From the IMG/VR virus record IMGVR_UViG_3300028591_000177: DNA of 20,000 nucleotides; one strand, given 5' to 3'. A model generated the notes under the pieces. The model searched no databases. It worked only from the letters and a program-made list of their open reading frames with translations, and was not told the DNA's origin. This document shows, in pieces, positions 7,052-16,210 of the stretch (within the stretch, counting starts at the first letter, position 1; each line of letters begins with the position of its first letter). Source of the stretch: an uncultured virus (IMG/VR IMGVR_UViG_3300028591_000177). Taxonomy: Duplodnaviria > Heunggongvirae > Uroviricota > Caudoviricetes. The translations under genes were made by a program, and so were the position numbers.

Positions 7052-8059
7052 ATGAGAATATTTATAGAAAATAACCTAACAGAAGAATTTAAATATTTCC
7101 TTGAAAAGGATTATGATATAGACTTGAATTCATATTTGCTGGAATTATTAAGTAAATCTGAACCTATTAAATTAGATAGTGAATACTTAAATGCCTATTA
7201 TGGCAGAAACGATATTACTGAAGACGAAGTTTGGCAATATAAAAACGACGAAGTATTTAAGGAAATAAAAAAGGATATGGCGGAATGGGCAAATGAGATA
7301 CGAGACATAGTAAAGGACATTCCTGGTGTTGAAGACGCACAAATTGTAGGTTCTAACCAGGCCGGAATGTCTACTTATATAAATGTTAATTTCAAACGTC
7401 CAGAGGAAACGGATAAGATAGCTGCCGCCAAACTTAAAGAAGACCCAAAATTTTTAAATCACTATTTTAGTGGATTTGGACAAGGCGGTGGTTATGACGG
7501 AGAATATAGATTAAAATTTAGAATAAGTAATCACCCAGAAAAACATATCTCTAATACAAATGTATTCATGAATATTACAGGACATAAGTTTGATTGGATA
7601 AGGGATAATATTGTGAACCTATGTACTAAAAGGGTTAATATGTTGCAAAATTATTGGAGAGATTATTGCAATACAGGTAAGATAAGTCCTAAGCAAATAG
7701 AAAGAAATAAACGAAGAAAGAATCGAGAATTTTTACATTTGGAATATCTTAATAAGGGTTATATTAGAGAAAAATACATGGCATTGCTTAAAGAAACCTT
7801 TGGCGGAGACCGACTACGAACTATGTTAGGTGCTAATACCCTTAGTTATATTGATACAACTGACGTGAAATTGGAGGATATAGTTGCCAATGTAGAAACA
7901 CATTTTCAATCGTCTAACATTGACTACATCACACTATTATTTATTTTAGCGGATTGTCTGAATAAGTTTATACTGGATTATACGTTCGACACTGGATTTA
8001 ACTATGACCACCTATACGAAGATATGGAACCCTTGGTGGATAAGTACGAAATAAAATAA
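7052..8059 (+). CDS. Hypothetical phage protein (RISNH motif)
   Basis: 335 aa, RBS AAAGGA; contains STYI and LKFRISNH motifs. Confidence 0.75.
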   Translation: MRIFIENNLTEEFKYFLEKDYDIDLNSYLLELLSKSEPIKLDSEYLNAYYGRNDITEDEVWQYKNDEVFKEIKKDMAEWANEIRDIVKDIPGVEDAQIVGSNQAGMSTYINVNFKRPEETDKIAAAKLKEDPKFLNHYFSGFGQGGGYDGEYRLKFRISNHPEKHISNTNVFMNITGHKFDWIRDNIVNLCTKRVNMLQNYWRDYCNTGKISPKQIERNKRRKNREFLHLEYLNKGYIREKYMALLKETFGGDRLRTMLGANTLSYIDTTDVKLEDIVANVETHFQSSNIDYITLLFILADCLNKFILDYTFDTGFNYDHLYEDMEPLVDKYEIK

Positions 8060-8080
8060 TTTAACTTCATATAGTAAATG

Positions 8081-8117
8081 AATAAAAAATCCTTGTTTTT
8101 ACAAGGATTTTTTATTT
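8081..8117. terminator. Terminator hairpin, probably bidirectional
   Basis: Perfect 16-bp inverted repeat AATAAAAAATCCTTGT-TTTT-ACAAGGATTTTTTATT. Confidence 0.85.
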
Positions 8118-8123
8118 CCCCTA

Positions 8124-8152
8124 TTGACTTTTTATATATTGTGTTATATAAT
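8124..8152 (+). promoter_or_regulatory. SigmaA-type promoter, copy 6 (diverged, lacks upstream block)
   Basis: TTGACT 8124-8129, N17, TATAAT 8147-8152. Confidence 0.85.
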
Positions 8153-8185
8153 AAATATGAAGTTAATTTTGTGGAGGATTAAACA

Positions 8186-8776
8186 ATGACCAATTACGAA
8201 TATATGTCACACATAAAAAAGATTATAATTCACGAATCTGAAATACAGGATAAATTGCAAGAAGCTGGAAAATATATAAATAGCCTATATACAGGTAAAC
8301 CTTTAATTCTTGTAAGTATCTTAAAAGGTTCGTTTATCTTTATGGCAGATTTAATACGTAATGTATCAGTACCTTGTCAAATAAGTTTTATGCAAGCTAA
8401 GAGTTATTATGAAAGCACTCAATCTTCCGGCATTGTAAAGATTACAATGGATTTGGATAAGAATATTACAGATTGTGATGTTGTTATTATAGAGGATATA
8501 ATTGATACAGGAAGAACACTTAAAGATGTTGTAAAACTTCTGGAAGCACGTAAACCTAATTCTTTACACGTTGTAACATTACTGGATAAACCTGATAGGC
8601 GAATTGTGGATATGAAATCCGACTTTAGTCTTTTTACAATTCCAGATTTGTTTGTTATTGGTTACGGGTTGGATTATAATGAGTATTACAGAGAATTACC
8701 CTTCATAGCAGAATACACTGACGAAGTTGTAGAGGAGGATGTTATAGATGAAGAAGTTGGCAAATACCACTGCTAA
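8186..8776 (+). CDS. hpt: Hypoxanthine phosphoribosyltransferase
   Basis: ILKGSFIFMADL, KSY loop, PRPP-binding VVIIEDIIDTGRTL, LLDKP, FVIGYGLDYNEYYRELP. Confidence 0.95.
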   Translation: MTNYEYMSHIKKIIIHESEIQDKLQEAGKYINSLYTGKPLILVSILKGSFIFMADLIRNVSVPCQISFMQAKSYYESTQSSGIVKITMDLDKNITDCDVVIIEDIIDTGRTLKDVVKLLEARKPNSLHVVTLLDKPDRRIVDMKSDFSLFTIPDLFVIGYGLDYNEYYRELPFIAEYTDEVVEEDVIDEEVGKYHC

Positions 8777-8990
8777 AATAACTATAGCAATAGGACCTAC
8801 ATTTTTAGAACTACTAACGATTGTTTTCATTGTGCTTAAACTTACTCATAAAATAGAATGGTCTTGGATATGGGTATTAGCACCTACTTGGATTCTTATA
8901 GCACTACTGGCAGTGCTATTTGCTGTATGCGTCATAGCTCCTGTGATAATAATACTCATTAAGAAACTTAAAAATAAGAGGAAATATTAA
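8748..8990 (+). CDS. Small membrane protein (LTIVFIVLKL...WSWIWVLAP family)
   Basis: Two TM segments with WSWxWVxxPxW motif common in phages, basic C-terminus; RBS GAGGAGG. Confidence 0.75.
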   Translation: MKKLANTTAKITIAIGPTFLELLTIVFIVLKLTHKIEWSWIWVLAPTWILIALLAVLFAVCVIAPVIIILIKKLKNKRKY

Positions 8991-9589
8991 TGGCAAGAGT
9001 GATAAGTTTATTTAAAACTACAAAAACTGAAACTGCAAAACCAACAAAAACAAAATCGGATAATACAAACATAAAAAAGAAACTCGTTGAAAAAACCAAA
9101 ACTATTAAAGCCGATACCGTTGATAAATCTAAACAGAATAAACCTGTGAAACAAAAAACAAAAACAGATAAATTACAACCTAACACACTGAATACACAAA
9201 CTAAAAAACGTGGACGTCCACCTAAAAACAGTTTATTAACAACAGAAGAAAAAGTTATAGAAACAAAACCTACAAAAATACAAATAGAACAATCAAATAA
9301 AGTATCTACACCTACATCTACAAGTAGAGGTTGGATTAGTACAAATAAAACACTTCCTGAAGAGTTACGTCCAATAGAATTCAATACAAGTGCTAAGAAA
9401 CCTGTATACGGGTATAGACTTAAAGGTTATGGATATGTGATAACCACACCTTATTATGTAGATAAATTCAAAAAGAAATATGGGTATCTTGAGTGGAAAT
9501 ATATTCCATATTGTGGAGCTTTATCTAGATGTTCTAATGGCATACCTGATTGTTCTAATTGTAAACATTCTAAGAATAAGGTGAAATAA
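8990..9589 (+). CDS. Lys/Thr-rich protein with AT-hook and C-terminal Cys cluster
   Basis: KKRGRPPK AT-hook; low-complexity basic N-half; C-x5-C-x6-C-x2-C at C-terminus. Confidence 0.7.
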   Translation: MARVISLFKTTKTETAKPTKTKSDNTNIKKKLVEKTKTIKADTVDKSKQNKPVKQKTKTDKLQPNTLNTQTKKRGRPPKNSLLTTEEKVIETKPTKIQIEQSNKVSTPTSTSRGWISTNKTLPEELRPIEFNTSAKKPVYGYRLKGYGYVITTPYYVDKFKKKYGYLEWKYIPYCGALSRCSNGIPDCSNCKHSKNKVK

Positions 9590-9592
9590 TTT

Positions 9593-9859
9593 ATGCTTGA
9601 CAAAGATTTTCCTGTTATTCTATTTGATTCTGAAGAATTACAATTAGTAACCAGTGGACGTTGTGTTCGTTGTCCTATATGTGGCAAGGTTGTTTGTGTA
9701 CCGGACATAAACACTTGGGTATATAAAATGGTAAACAGACAAGGCAGACAACGCATAATGTGTTCGTGGACTTGTTTTCGTAAAGGTGAACAGATGATTA
9801 AGGATGCAAGAATGCAGAGGAAGGAAAGATATGAGCAATACAATTTCGATTTGGACTGA
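9593..9859 (+). CDS. Small zinc-finger-like protein
   Basis: CPICGK ... CSWTC metal-binding pattern. Confidence 0.7.
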   Translation: MLDKDFPVILFDSEELQLVTSGRCVRCPICGKVVCVPDINTWVYKMVNRQGRQRIMCSWTCFRKGEQMIKDARMQRKERYEQYNFDLD

Positions 9860-10277
9860 TGGTGCCTGTAGTGGTAATCCGGGTCCTGGAGGTTTTGCTG
9901 CTATTGTTCAATATACTGATATGGAACAGGAAATATGTGGCGGAGAAAAATCTACTACGAATAATAGAATGGAACTGATTGCAGTTATCGAAGCATTATA
10001 TTCTTTACAGAAACCCTCTAACGTAACTCTTTACTCAGATTCCCAATATATTTGTAATGCTATAAATCAAATGTGGTTAAATAACTGGATGATACACGAT
10101 TGGAAAAAATCTGATGGAAAACCTGTATTAAATGATGATTTATGGAAAGAACTTGTACCACTTTTAGACAAACATAAAGTCACATTTAATTGGGTGAAAG
10201 GTCATAGTGGAAACAATATGAATGAACGTTGTGACAAATTAGCTTGTCAACAGAGAGATAAATATAATGATTTGTAA
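9831..10277 (+). CDS. rnhA: Ribonuclease HI
   Basis: WTDGACSGNPGPGG, TTNNRMEL, YSDSQY, WVKGHSG, NERCDKLA; ATG 9831. Confidence 0.95.
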   Translation: MSNTISIWTDGACSGNPGPGGFAAIVQYTDMEQEICGGEKSTTNNRMELIAVIEALYSLQKPSNVTLYSDSQYICNAINQMWLNNWMIHDWKKSDGKPVLNDDLWKELVPLLDKHKVTFNWVKGHSGNNMNERCDKLACQQRDKYNDL

Positions 10278-10347
10278 TTGAAATTATCTATATACTCTTT
10301 GAAAAATTAATATAGTTAAAAAACAATACTTTGAAACCTAGACTTAT

Positions 10348-10377
10348 TTATACTATTTAGTACATTAAATAGTATAA
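10348..10377. promoter_or_regulatory. AT-rich inverted repeat upstream of structural genes
   Basis: TTATACTATTTAG-TACA-TTAAATAGTATAA. Confidence 0.5.
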
Positions 10378-10458
10378 TGGAGGAATAAGTTGGGCAGAAA
10401 AGTATTGTTTTTTTTGTTTTGCTTATACGTATATTTTTGTGGAAAGGAGAGGGTCGAT

Positions 10459-11391
10459 TTGGCAAAAACTGTTTTACTTTCCAATATATTAAAAAATGAC
10501 AGTTATCCAAAGATGTTTGATATTTCGGCGCCGTACTGTTGTGGAACAATATCTATTCAACACGACAATGAATATACGGAACAAATGTTAGCAGAGTTAC
10601 CCAATATTACATTTAGTGTATACACATTGGAAGATGATAAGTATGTGTTGTATGAACCTCGAGCATTAAGTATTAAGGTTCCTACAGACGAAAACCCTAT
10701 TAGTTATGCTATTATTGATATTCCTACATCTTGTTTGATAGCAGTTACTCCTGAATTTGATAATAATGCTATAATTAGTCATAATGAAGAAGTAGAGATA
10801 TTTGGTGGTGATAAGTGGACAGCTCCTACAACAGAATTTGCATTAACTATCACGTGGGATAATACTAATATTACTGCGGATAGTGGAGGTGTTAGTCCAG
10901 AAGATTTTTATACTAAAGAAGAAATTGACACAATGATGGCAGATAAAGTATCGGACGATGACCTTGCAACTCATTTTGTTGCCGGTGCAAATATAGAAAT
11001 AGTTGATAATCAAGACGGTACTCAAACAATTAACGCCAGTGGTGAAATATCTTCTGAGGATTCTATAGCACGTGCCGGTGTAGCTGCCTTAGAGCAAGCT
11101 ATGCGTACTAAACCTAATATATATGCAAACACTACAGATTATTGGGAGGCACAGACAACTTTAAAATCTGGAACAAACGCTATTTATGTGTATACAGACT
11201 ATGAAGTTACAGAGGACTTACAGAATATTCCAGGTATTAAAATAGGTGATGGCACAACTATTGTTAAGAATCTACCTTTTATAGCAGGTGGTAATATCAC
11301 TGAATCCGATATTGAGAATTGGAATAATAAAGTAGCTGTTAAGGTGAACCCCAGTGATAACGAGAATTTAATTCTGTTTAACAATGAGTAA
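10459..11391 (+). CDS. Virion structural / tail-associated protein
   Basis: TTG start after AAAGGAGAGG; FYTKEEID, AGANIEI and IKIGDGTTIVKNLPF motifs typical of phage tail fibre/minor tail proteins. Confidence 0.65.
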   Translation: MAKTVLLSNILKNDSYPKMFDISAPYCCGTISIQHDNEYTEQMLAELPNITFSVYTLEDDKYVLYEPRALSIKVPTDENPISYAIIDIPTSCLIAVTPEFDNNAIISHNEEVEIFGGDKWTAPTTEFALTITWDNTNITADSGGVSPEDFYTKEEIDTMMADKVSDDDLATHFVAGANIEIVDNQDGTQTINASGEISSEDSIARAGVAALEQAMRTKPNIYANTTDYWEAQTTLKSGTNAIYVYTDYEVTEDLQNIPGIKIGDGTTIVKNLPFIAGGNITESDIENWNNKVAVKVNPSDNENLILFNNE

Positions 11392-11410
11392 GAATGAAAG
11401 GATTGATTTT

Positions 11411-12661
11411 ATGGCTACAAATAGTTATATTACAAAAATAACACTTCCTGATAGTACATCTAAGCTTGTAAAAGATATAGAGGGTATGCACTTTTTAGGA
11501 ACTACTTCTACAGATGTAATGGCAAACGATGGAGCTGTTACAACTATTGTGGTAGGCAGTACCACATATACAACATCTCCCACAGGTACTGAGGAAAAGT
11601 TACGTGCTAACGACACCGTTCTCTATCAGGAGTTATTATTTATTTTTAATGGTAACAAATGGCAAAAACTTACATTTGCTGCAAGTACACCTTTGGTGGA
11701 CGGTGTACAGATAGATGGTGCGTCTATAGTAGATAATAAGGTAGCAAATATTAAGACAACAGGTGCTACCGGAGGCACTGGAGAAACTACTCCATATAAC
11801 GCCAGCACAAATCCACTTACTACACAAGCATACGTAGATGCCAAAGTAGAAGAACTTCCTCAGGCAATGATTTTCAAGGGTTCGTTAGGTACAGGTGGTA
11901 CTATTACAACTTTACCCGAAGCAAGTGCAACTACAATAGGTGATGTATATAAAGTCATAACTGCCGGCACTTATGCTGGGGAAACAGCCAAAGTGGGTGA
12001 TTTATACATTGGTACAAAAACAGGTGACAGTACATATGCTTGGACATTAATTCCGTCAGGTGATGAGCCCAATGGTACTGTTACTAATGTGGCCACTGGC
12101 GTTGGTTTAACCGGTGGTCCTATCACAAATACAGGTATTATTAAAGCAAACCTTGCCAGTGAAACAGCACTTACGGGTGACGACGTTTTACCCGTTGGTG
12201 TTAATAGTTCCGAACAGTTAGCAGTTAAGGTTACACCCAGAGCTACAGATGGTACATATAATGCTTCCACTAATAAGATAGCTACACAAAGCACTGTAAC
12301 TGGTGCTATATCTGGATTAACAGATACCCTTGAAGGTACTCCAGGAGCAGGTAAAACCATTACTGCGTTTGACCAAGTAGCAGGTAAGGTAAGTGCTACA
12401 TTTAGTGATATTGCTATTACAACAGCACAAGTTACTGATGTATCAAATACCACTGCCACTGTTAATGGAGTAGCAGCATCTTCTGGTAATGTGGTTACAG
12501 GTGTTAGTGCATCAAGTGCAAGTGGTACAGCCCCTGCAAATGTAGTATCCAATATGTATACATATGATTCCAGTACAGAAACACTAACTTTAAACTATCT
12601 CACAGCACCTACCACAACTGTATCTACTGCAACTAATTTATTACAGAAGTCATCTTCGTAA
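11411..12661 (+). CDS. Thr/Gly-rich tail fibre/spike-like structural protein
   Basis: ATG 11411 after GAAAGGA; AMIFKGSLG..GDVYKV..AKVGD..IPSGDEPNGTVTNVATGVGLTGGPIT fibre-like repeats. Confidence 0.7.
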   Translation: MATNSYITKITLPDSTSKLVKDIEGMHFLGTTSTDVMANDGAVTTIVVGSTTYTTSPTGTEEKLRANDTVLYQELLFIFNGNKWQKLTFAASTPLVDGVQIDGASIVDNKVANIKTTGATGGTGETTPYNASTNPLTTQAYVDAKVEELPQAMIFKGSLGTGGTITTLPEASATTIGDVYKVITAGTYAGETAKVGDLYIGTKTGDSTYAWTLIPSGDEPNGTVTNVATGVGLTGGPITNTGIIKANLASETALTGDDVLPVGVNSSEQLAVKVTPRATDGTYNASTNKIATQSTVTGAISGLTDTLEGTPGAGKTITAFDQVAGKVSATFSDIAITTAQVTDVSNTTATVNGVAASSGNVVTGVSASSASGTAPANVVSNMYTYDSSTETLTLNYLTAPTTTVSTATNLLQKSSS

Positions 12662-12693
12662 TTTAAATTCATAAACATTTTCATATAGTATGT

Positions 12694-12734
12694 ATAGGTG
12701 GGTACTAATTAAAAATTGTACCTACCTATTTTTT
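12694..12734 (+). terminator. Intrinsic terminator
   Basis: ATAGGTGGGTAC...GTACCTACCTAT then T tract. Confidence 0.75.
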
Positions 12735-12793
12735 ATAAAAATATACTTTTTATCAACTTTATTATATATAAATGGTTTTTATGGAGGATATTA

Positions 12794-13027
12794 ATGAAAG
12801 TTATTGAAAACTATGTGGATTTTAAAATATTTGGATGTAGAGACGTTATTGTATACGAGAAACCTACAAAAAATTCAAATCCCATAGACAAGGTATTTGC
12901 AAATGATGTATTTAAAGCAAACGTTTCTTATGTATATTGGTCTACAGAGGATGAATGTTTTTATAAAACAGTAACACCTGCTGGAAACGAAGGTTATATA
13001 AGGACGGATGTTATAAAACAAGCTTAA
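12794..13027 (+). CDS. Stand-alone SH3b-like domain protein
   Basis: VYEKPTKNSNPIDKV...FYKTVTPAGNEGYIRTDVI resembles bacterial SH3b; ATG 12794 after GGAGG. Confidence 0.6.
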   Translation: MKVIENYVDFKIFGCRDVIVYEKPTKNSNPIDKVFANDVFKANVSYVYWSTEDECFYKTVTPAGNEGYIRTDVIKQA

Positions 13028-13060
13028 TCATTTTCTCATATTCAAGAAGGAGTGATTTGT

Positions 13061-13360
13061 ATGAAAAAACTGTTAGCTAAAGTGTTTACAAAAGAATGGT
13101 TAGTTGCAGCAGGTGTACGTGCTTTGAAAACAGTTGCACAAGCGGCATTGGCTGCAATTGGTACCTCTATGATGTTAGAAGATGTTAATTGGAAGTTTGT
13201 ACTATCTACGTCGGCATTAGCAGGTATTCTATCACTATTAACATCTATTGCAGGACTTCCAGAACTGAAAAAAGATACCGTACCTGAAGTTGTTATACCT
13301 GAAGAAACTAATTTTGTAGAAGTTGAGTTTACAGAAAAGGAGGACAATAACAATGAATGA
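13061..13360 (+). CDS. Holin (phage r1t family)
   Basis: WLVAAGVRALKTVAQAALAAIG...VNW..VLSTSALAGILSLLTSIAGLPE; upstream of endolysin. Confidence 0.9.
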   Translation: MKKLLAKVFTKEWLVAAGVRALKTVAQAALAAIGTSMMLEDVNWKFVLSTSALAGILSLLTSIAGLPELKKDTVPEVVIPEETNFVEVEFTEKEDNNNE

Positions 13361-13439
13361 TGAAAAAGAGTTAGTGTTAACTCCTGAAATGGAAGACGAA
13401 CTATCTAACGGAAAAGGTAACGATAAGGAGTGTGAGTAA
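13353..13439 (+). CDS. 28-aa acidic peptide between holin and endolysin
   Basis: RBS AAGGAGG, ATG 13353; MNDEKELVLTPEMEDELSNGKGNDKECE; fills the gap exactly. Confidence 0.6.
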   Translation: MNDEKELVLTPEMEDELSNGKGNDKECE

Positions 13440-13441
13440 TT

Positions 13442-14488
13442 ATGGCATTTACTAATTCGAGTTTAGTATCCTATACACGTATATCTCCTAATAGGAATAT
13501 TGGAAGATATTATGATTATTATGCAGACAATCCGTCACAGCCAGTAACAGAAATAACTAAGATTACCATACATCATATGGCAGGTGTTATGTCGGTAGAA
13601 CAGTTTGGTAATTTAGTTGCTAACCCAGGTAGACAAATGTCTGCTAATTATTGCATTGGTAGTGATGGACGTATAGGTCTATTCTGTGAAGAGAAAGACC
13701 GTTCTTGGTGTTCTTCATCACCTTGGAATGATAACAGAGCTATTACTATTGAAGTATCTAACTGCTCTGTTGGTGGGGACTGGCCTATATCTGAAACAGT
13801 TTATAATTCACTTATTAAACTATGTGTGGATATTTGTAGACGTAATAAGATTAAGAAACTGGAATTTACCGGTGATAAGAATGGCTCTTTAACATATCAC
13901 TATATGTTTAATAGTACAGCTTGTCCAGGTCCGTGGATAAAAAATCATACTACTGAGATTTGCAGTAAAGTAAACGCACAACTTACTACAAACGAAAATA
14001 CTAAACCTACTCCTACACCTACTAAAGAAGTATATAGAATACGCAAAACGTGGAATAATGTAGCTTCGCAAATAGGTGCTTATTCTAATTTAGAAAACGC
14101 TAAAAGTGCCTGTAAAGAAGGTTATTCTGTATTTGATAGTAAGGGAAACGTTGTTTTTAGTAAACCTATACACACTCCTTCAAGACCTAAGGCAGATATA
14201 ACAGGTTTGCAGAAAATATTAAATGTTGGTGGCGCCGGATTAGTTGTAGACGGTATATTAGGACCCAAAACACTGGCAGCCGCTAAGAAATATACTGTTC
14301 GACAAGGAGATACTGGAAATCTTATTAAGTGGGTACAACAAAGATTAAACCAACTTGGATATAATTGCGGTGTGGCAGATGGAATTGCTGGAGGTAATAC
14401 AATGGCAGCAATTGCAGCATTTCAAAAAGCAAATAAACTCGGTATTGGCTATTTAGGTGGCGGAGACTGGGACTATTTACTTAAATAA
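13442..14488 (+). CDS. Endolysin: N-acetylmuramoyl-L-alanine amidase (Amidase_2) with cell-wall binding domains
   Basis: ITIHHMAG, SANYCIG, ITIEVSN, TYH...TACPG; central YRIRKTW..QIGAYSNLENAK module; C-terminal PG_binding_1-like repeats (VDGILGPKT, ADGIAGGNT). Confidence 0.92.
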   Translation: MAFTNSSLVSYTRISPNRNIGRYYDYYADNPSQPVTEITKITIHHMAGVMSVEQFGNLVANPGRQMSANYCIGSDGRIGLFCEEKDRSWCSSSPWNDNRAITIEVSNCSVGGDWPISETVYNSLIKLCVDICRRNKIKKLEFTGDKNGSLTYHYMFNSTACPGPWIKNHTTEICSKVNAQLTTNENTKPTPTPTKEVYRIRKTWNNVASQIGAYSNLENAKSACKEGYSVFDSKGNVVFSKPIHTPSRPKADITGLQKILNVGGAGLVVDGILGPKTLAAAKKYTVRQGDTGNLIKWVQQRLNQLGYNCGVADGIAGGNTMAAIAAFQKANKLGIGYLGGGDWDYLLK

Positions 14489-14526
14489 GAATATTAAAAA
14501 AATAACTATAAAGGAGAATTAAGAAT

Positions 14527-14916
14527 ATGAAGTTACATTTAAAAGAATCTGATTCTGCTGTAAGTTTTCCAAGGTTTGGATGCCGGGACAGTGCATACTA
14601 CATAAGAATAGAGAAAGATTCTTATGATAAAGATATATTTAAGAAAATACCTATTAGTCCAAAAGATATGTTTTTTAGTAATATAGATGATTTTCTTTCC
14701 TATGTTAATGTCACAATACAATCCACAAAGGAAGTTACATATGTTCCAAAACATATAGAAGAATTTTATGCTGTAGACTTTTTTAGGAGTTCATCTAAAT
14801 TGTTATTAGGTTGGAGAGACGGTGAGAATTATATAGAACTTTCAGTTTTCTTGTACAATGCTCCAACATTACTAACTAAATTTGATTTAGATAAATATGG
14901 AATTGAATTAAAATAA
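14527..14916 (+). CDS. Hypothetical protein with N-terminal KLHLKE motif
   Basis: 129 aa, RBS AAAGGAG. Confidence 0.75.
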   Translation: MKLHLKESDSAVSFPRFGCRDSAYYIRIEKDSYDKDIFKKIPISPKDMFFSNIDDFLSYVNVTIQSTKEVTYVPKHIEEFYAVDFFRSSSKLLLGWRDGENYIELSVFLYNAPTLLTKFDLDKYGIELK

Positions 14917-14929
14917 TTTTTTTTTATGG

Positions 14930-14959
14930 AACTGCTGTACATAAGTACAGCAGTTTTTT
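14930..14959 (+). terminator. Intrinsic terminator
   Basis: AACTGCTGTAC-ATAA-GTACAGCAGTT plus T tract. Confidence 0.9.
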
Positions 14960-15028
14960 GTTAAAACATAAAAATTTCTAAAAATCCATTGACTTTTTAT
15001 GTAATATGTTGTATAATATAAGTGTAAA
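14960..15028 (+). promoter_or_regulatory. Conserved sigmaA-type phage promoter, copy 7
   Basis: TTGACT 14989-14994, N17, TATAAT 15012-15017. Confidence 0.9.
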
Positions 15029-15067
15029 AAAAATACTTTGAAAAATCAATGAGGAGGAATTTAACAG

Positions 15068-15349
15068 ATGGCGAAGAACATTATTACAGAGGAAATGGTT
15101 GCAAATCTTAATAAAGCACTTATAGAACAGGGTTGTGGGTTTGAATACACGTTCAATGGAATCCCCGGTTGTATACAGCGAAATGTTATAGATAAGAGCG
15201 GTTTTGTACATTCTGCCATTGTGAACTGTACTAAGACATTTTATGAATGGCTTGAAAACTGGTTTAAGGAAAAATACAATATAGAACTAATTTACAACAA
15301 TACTGGAGAAATTTGTTGGGCTAAGGAACGTATAGATAATGAAAATTAA
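15068..15349 (+). CDS. Hypothetical protein
   Basis: 93 aa, RBS GAGGAGG. Confidence 0.75.
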   Translation: MAKNIITEEMVANLNKALIEQGCGFEYTFNGIPGCIQRNVIDKSGFVHSAIVNCTKTFYEWLENWFKEKYNIELIYNNTGEICWAKERIDNEN

Positions 15350-16196
15350 TGGTTATGTGATAATATTTAACAGTTCGGAAATTAATTCTAACCCGATAGG
15401 TATTGCATATCTGTCGGGTTATTGTGACACCATAAACACTTGGAAAACAATTTTAAAAGATGTACATATACATCATATTTATTTTTATAATAAATTATCC
15501 ACTCCATATATTCAAAAAACAATTATAACGGATAAATTAAATATTGTAGACAATACTACTAATCATAACCCGGTCACAGAACTTCCATTTTTTATACTGG
15601 ATAACAGAGACAATTATAAACCTTGGGGTAATATAAATCCTCATAATTCATTATTTTTAAAATTAACAGATGCCCTAATAGCTCTAAAGTTTTTTACAGA
15701 TGTGGAAAAAGAACACGAATACATAGTAGCAAGTAAGAATATATCACTGCCGGAAAATATAGTACCTCACCTATACACTACACCTATATATTGCGAATAT
15801 AACTATATCGATACGATAGTACATTCTGATAAACATAAGCATACATATACTACAACTGGAATTTTAGAATGTCTACCTTACAAAGACGGTTATTTAAATA
15901 AAGACCTCCACGGACATATTATATGTGATACGGTTGTTCCTATTGCCTATTACAGAGACAAAGGAAAATGCGGCACTAATAAATATCCTATAATTTTATA
16001 TGATAACATTAGTCCATATAATACCGAACGACCTGATAAAAATGTTAAATTGGGGCGACCACTAAGATTTAAATTTGGACACTGGTTCGAATCCAAATTT
16101 GATACATCTTTATATACAGTTAAAACAGATTCTCCGGAAGTACATAAATGGGTACAAGAACTAAGAAAACATATGGAACAAAAGACTCTTTTATGA
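15339..16196 (+). CDS. Hypothetical protein
   Basis: 285 aa ORF overlapping upstream stop. Confidence 0.7.
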   Translation: MKINGYVIIFNSSEINSNPIGIAYLSGYCDTINTWKTILKDVHIHHIYFYNKLSTPYIQKTIITDKLNIVDNTTNHNPVTELPFFILDNRDNYKPWGNINPHNSLFLKLTDALIALKFFTDVEKEHEYIVASKNISLPENIVPHLYTTPIYCEYNYIDTIVHSDKHKHTYTTTGILECLPYKDGYLNKDLHGHIICDTVVPIAYYRDKGKCGTNKYPIILYDNISPYNTERPDKNVKLGRPLRFKFGHWFESKFDTSLYTVKTDSPEVHKWVQELRKHMEQKTLL

Positions 16197-16210
16197 GTCT
16201 TTTTGTTTTT
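16180..16210 (+). terminator. Intrinsic terminator overlapping stop codon
   Basis: AAAAGACTC / GAGTCTTTT stem plus T tract. Confidence 0.75.

Noticed and set aside
13686..13892. Alternate-frame + strand ORF inside the endolysin as an embedded spanin-like gene
   Set aside because: No RBS or lipobox seen, and spanins are not expected with a Gram-positive-type lysis cassette.
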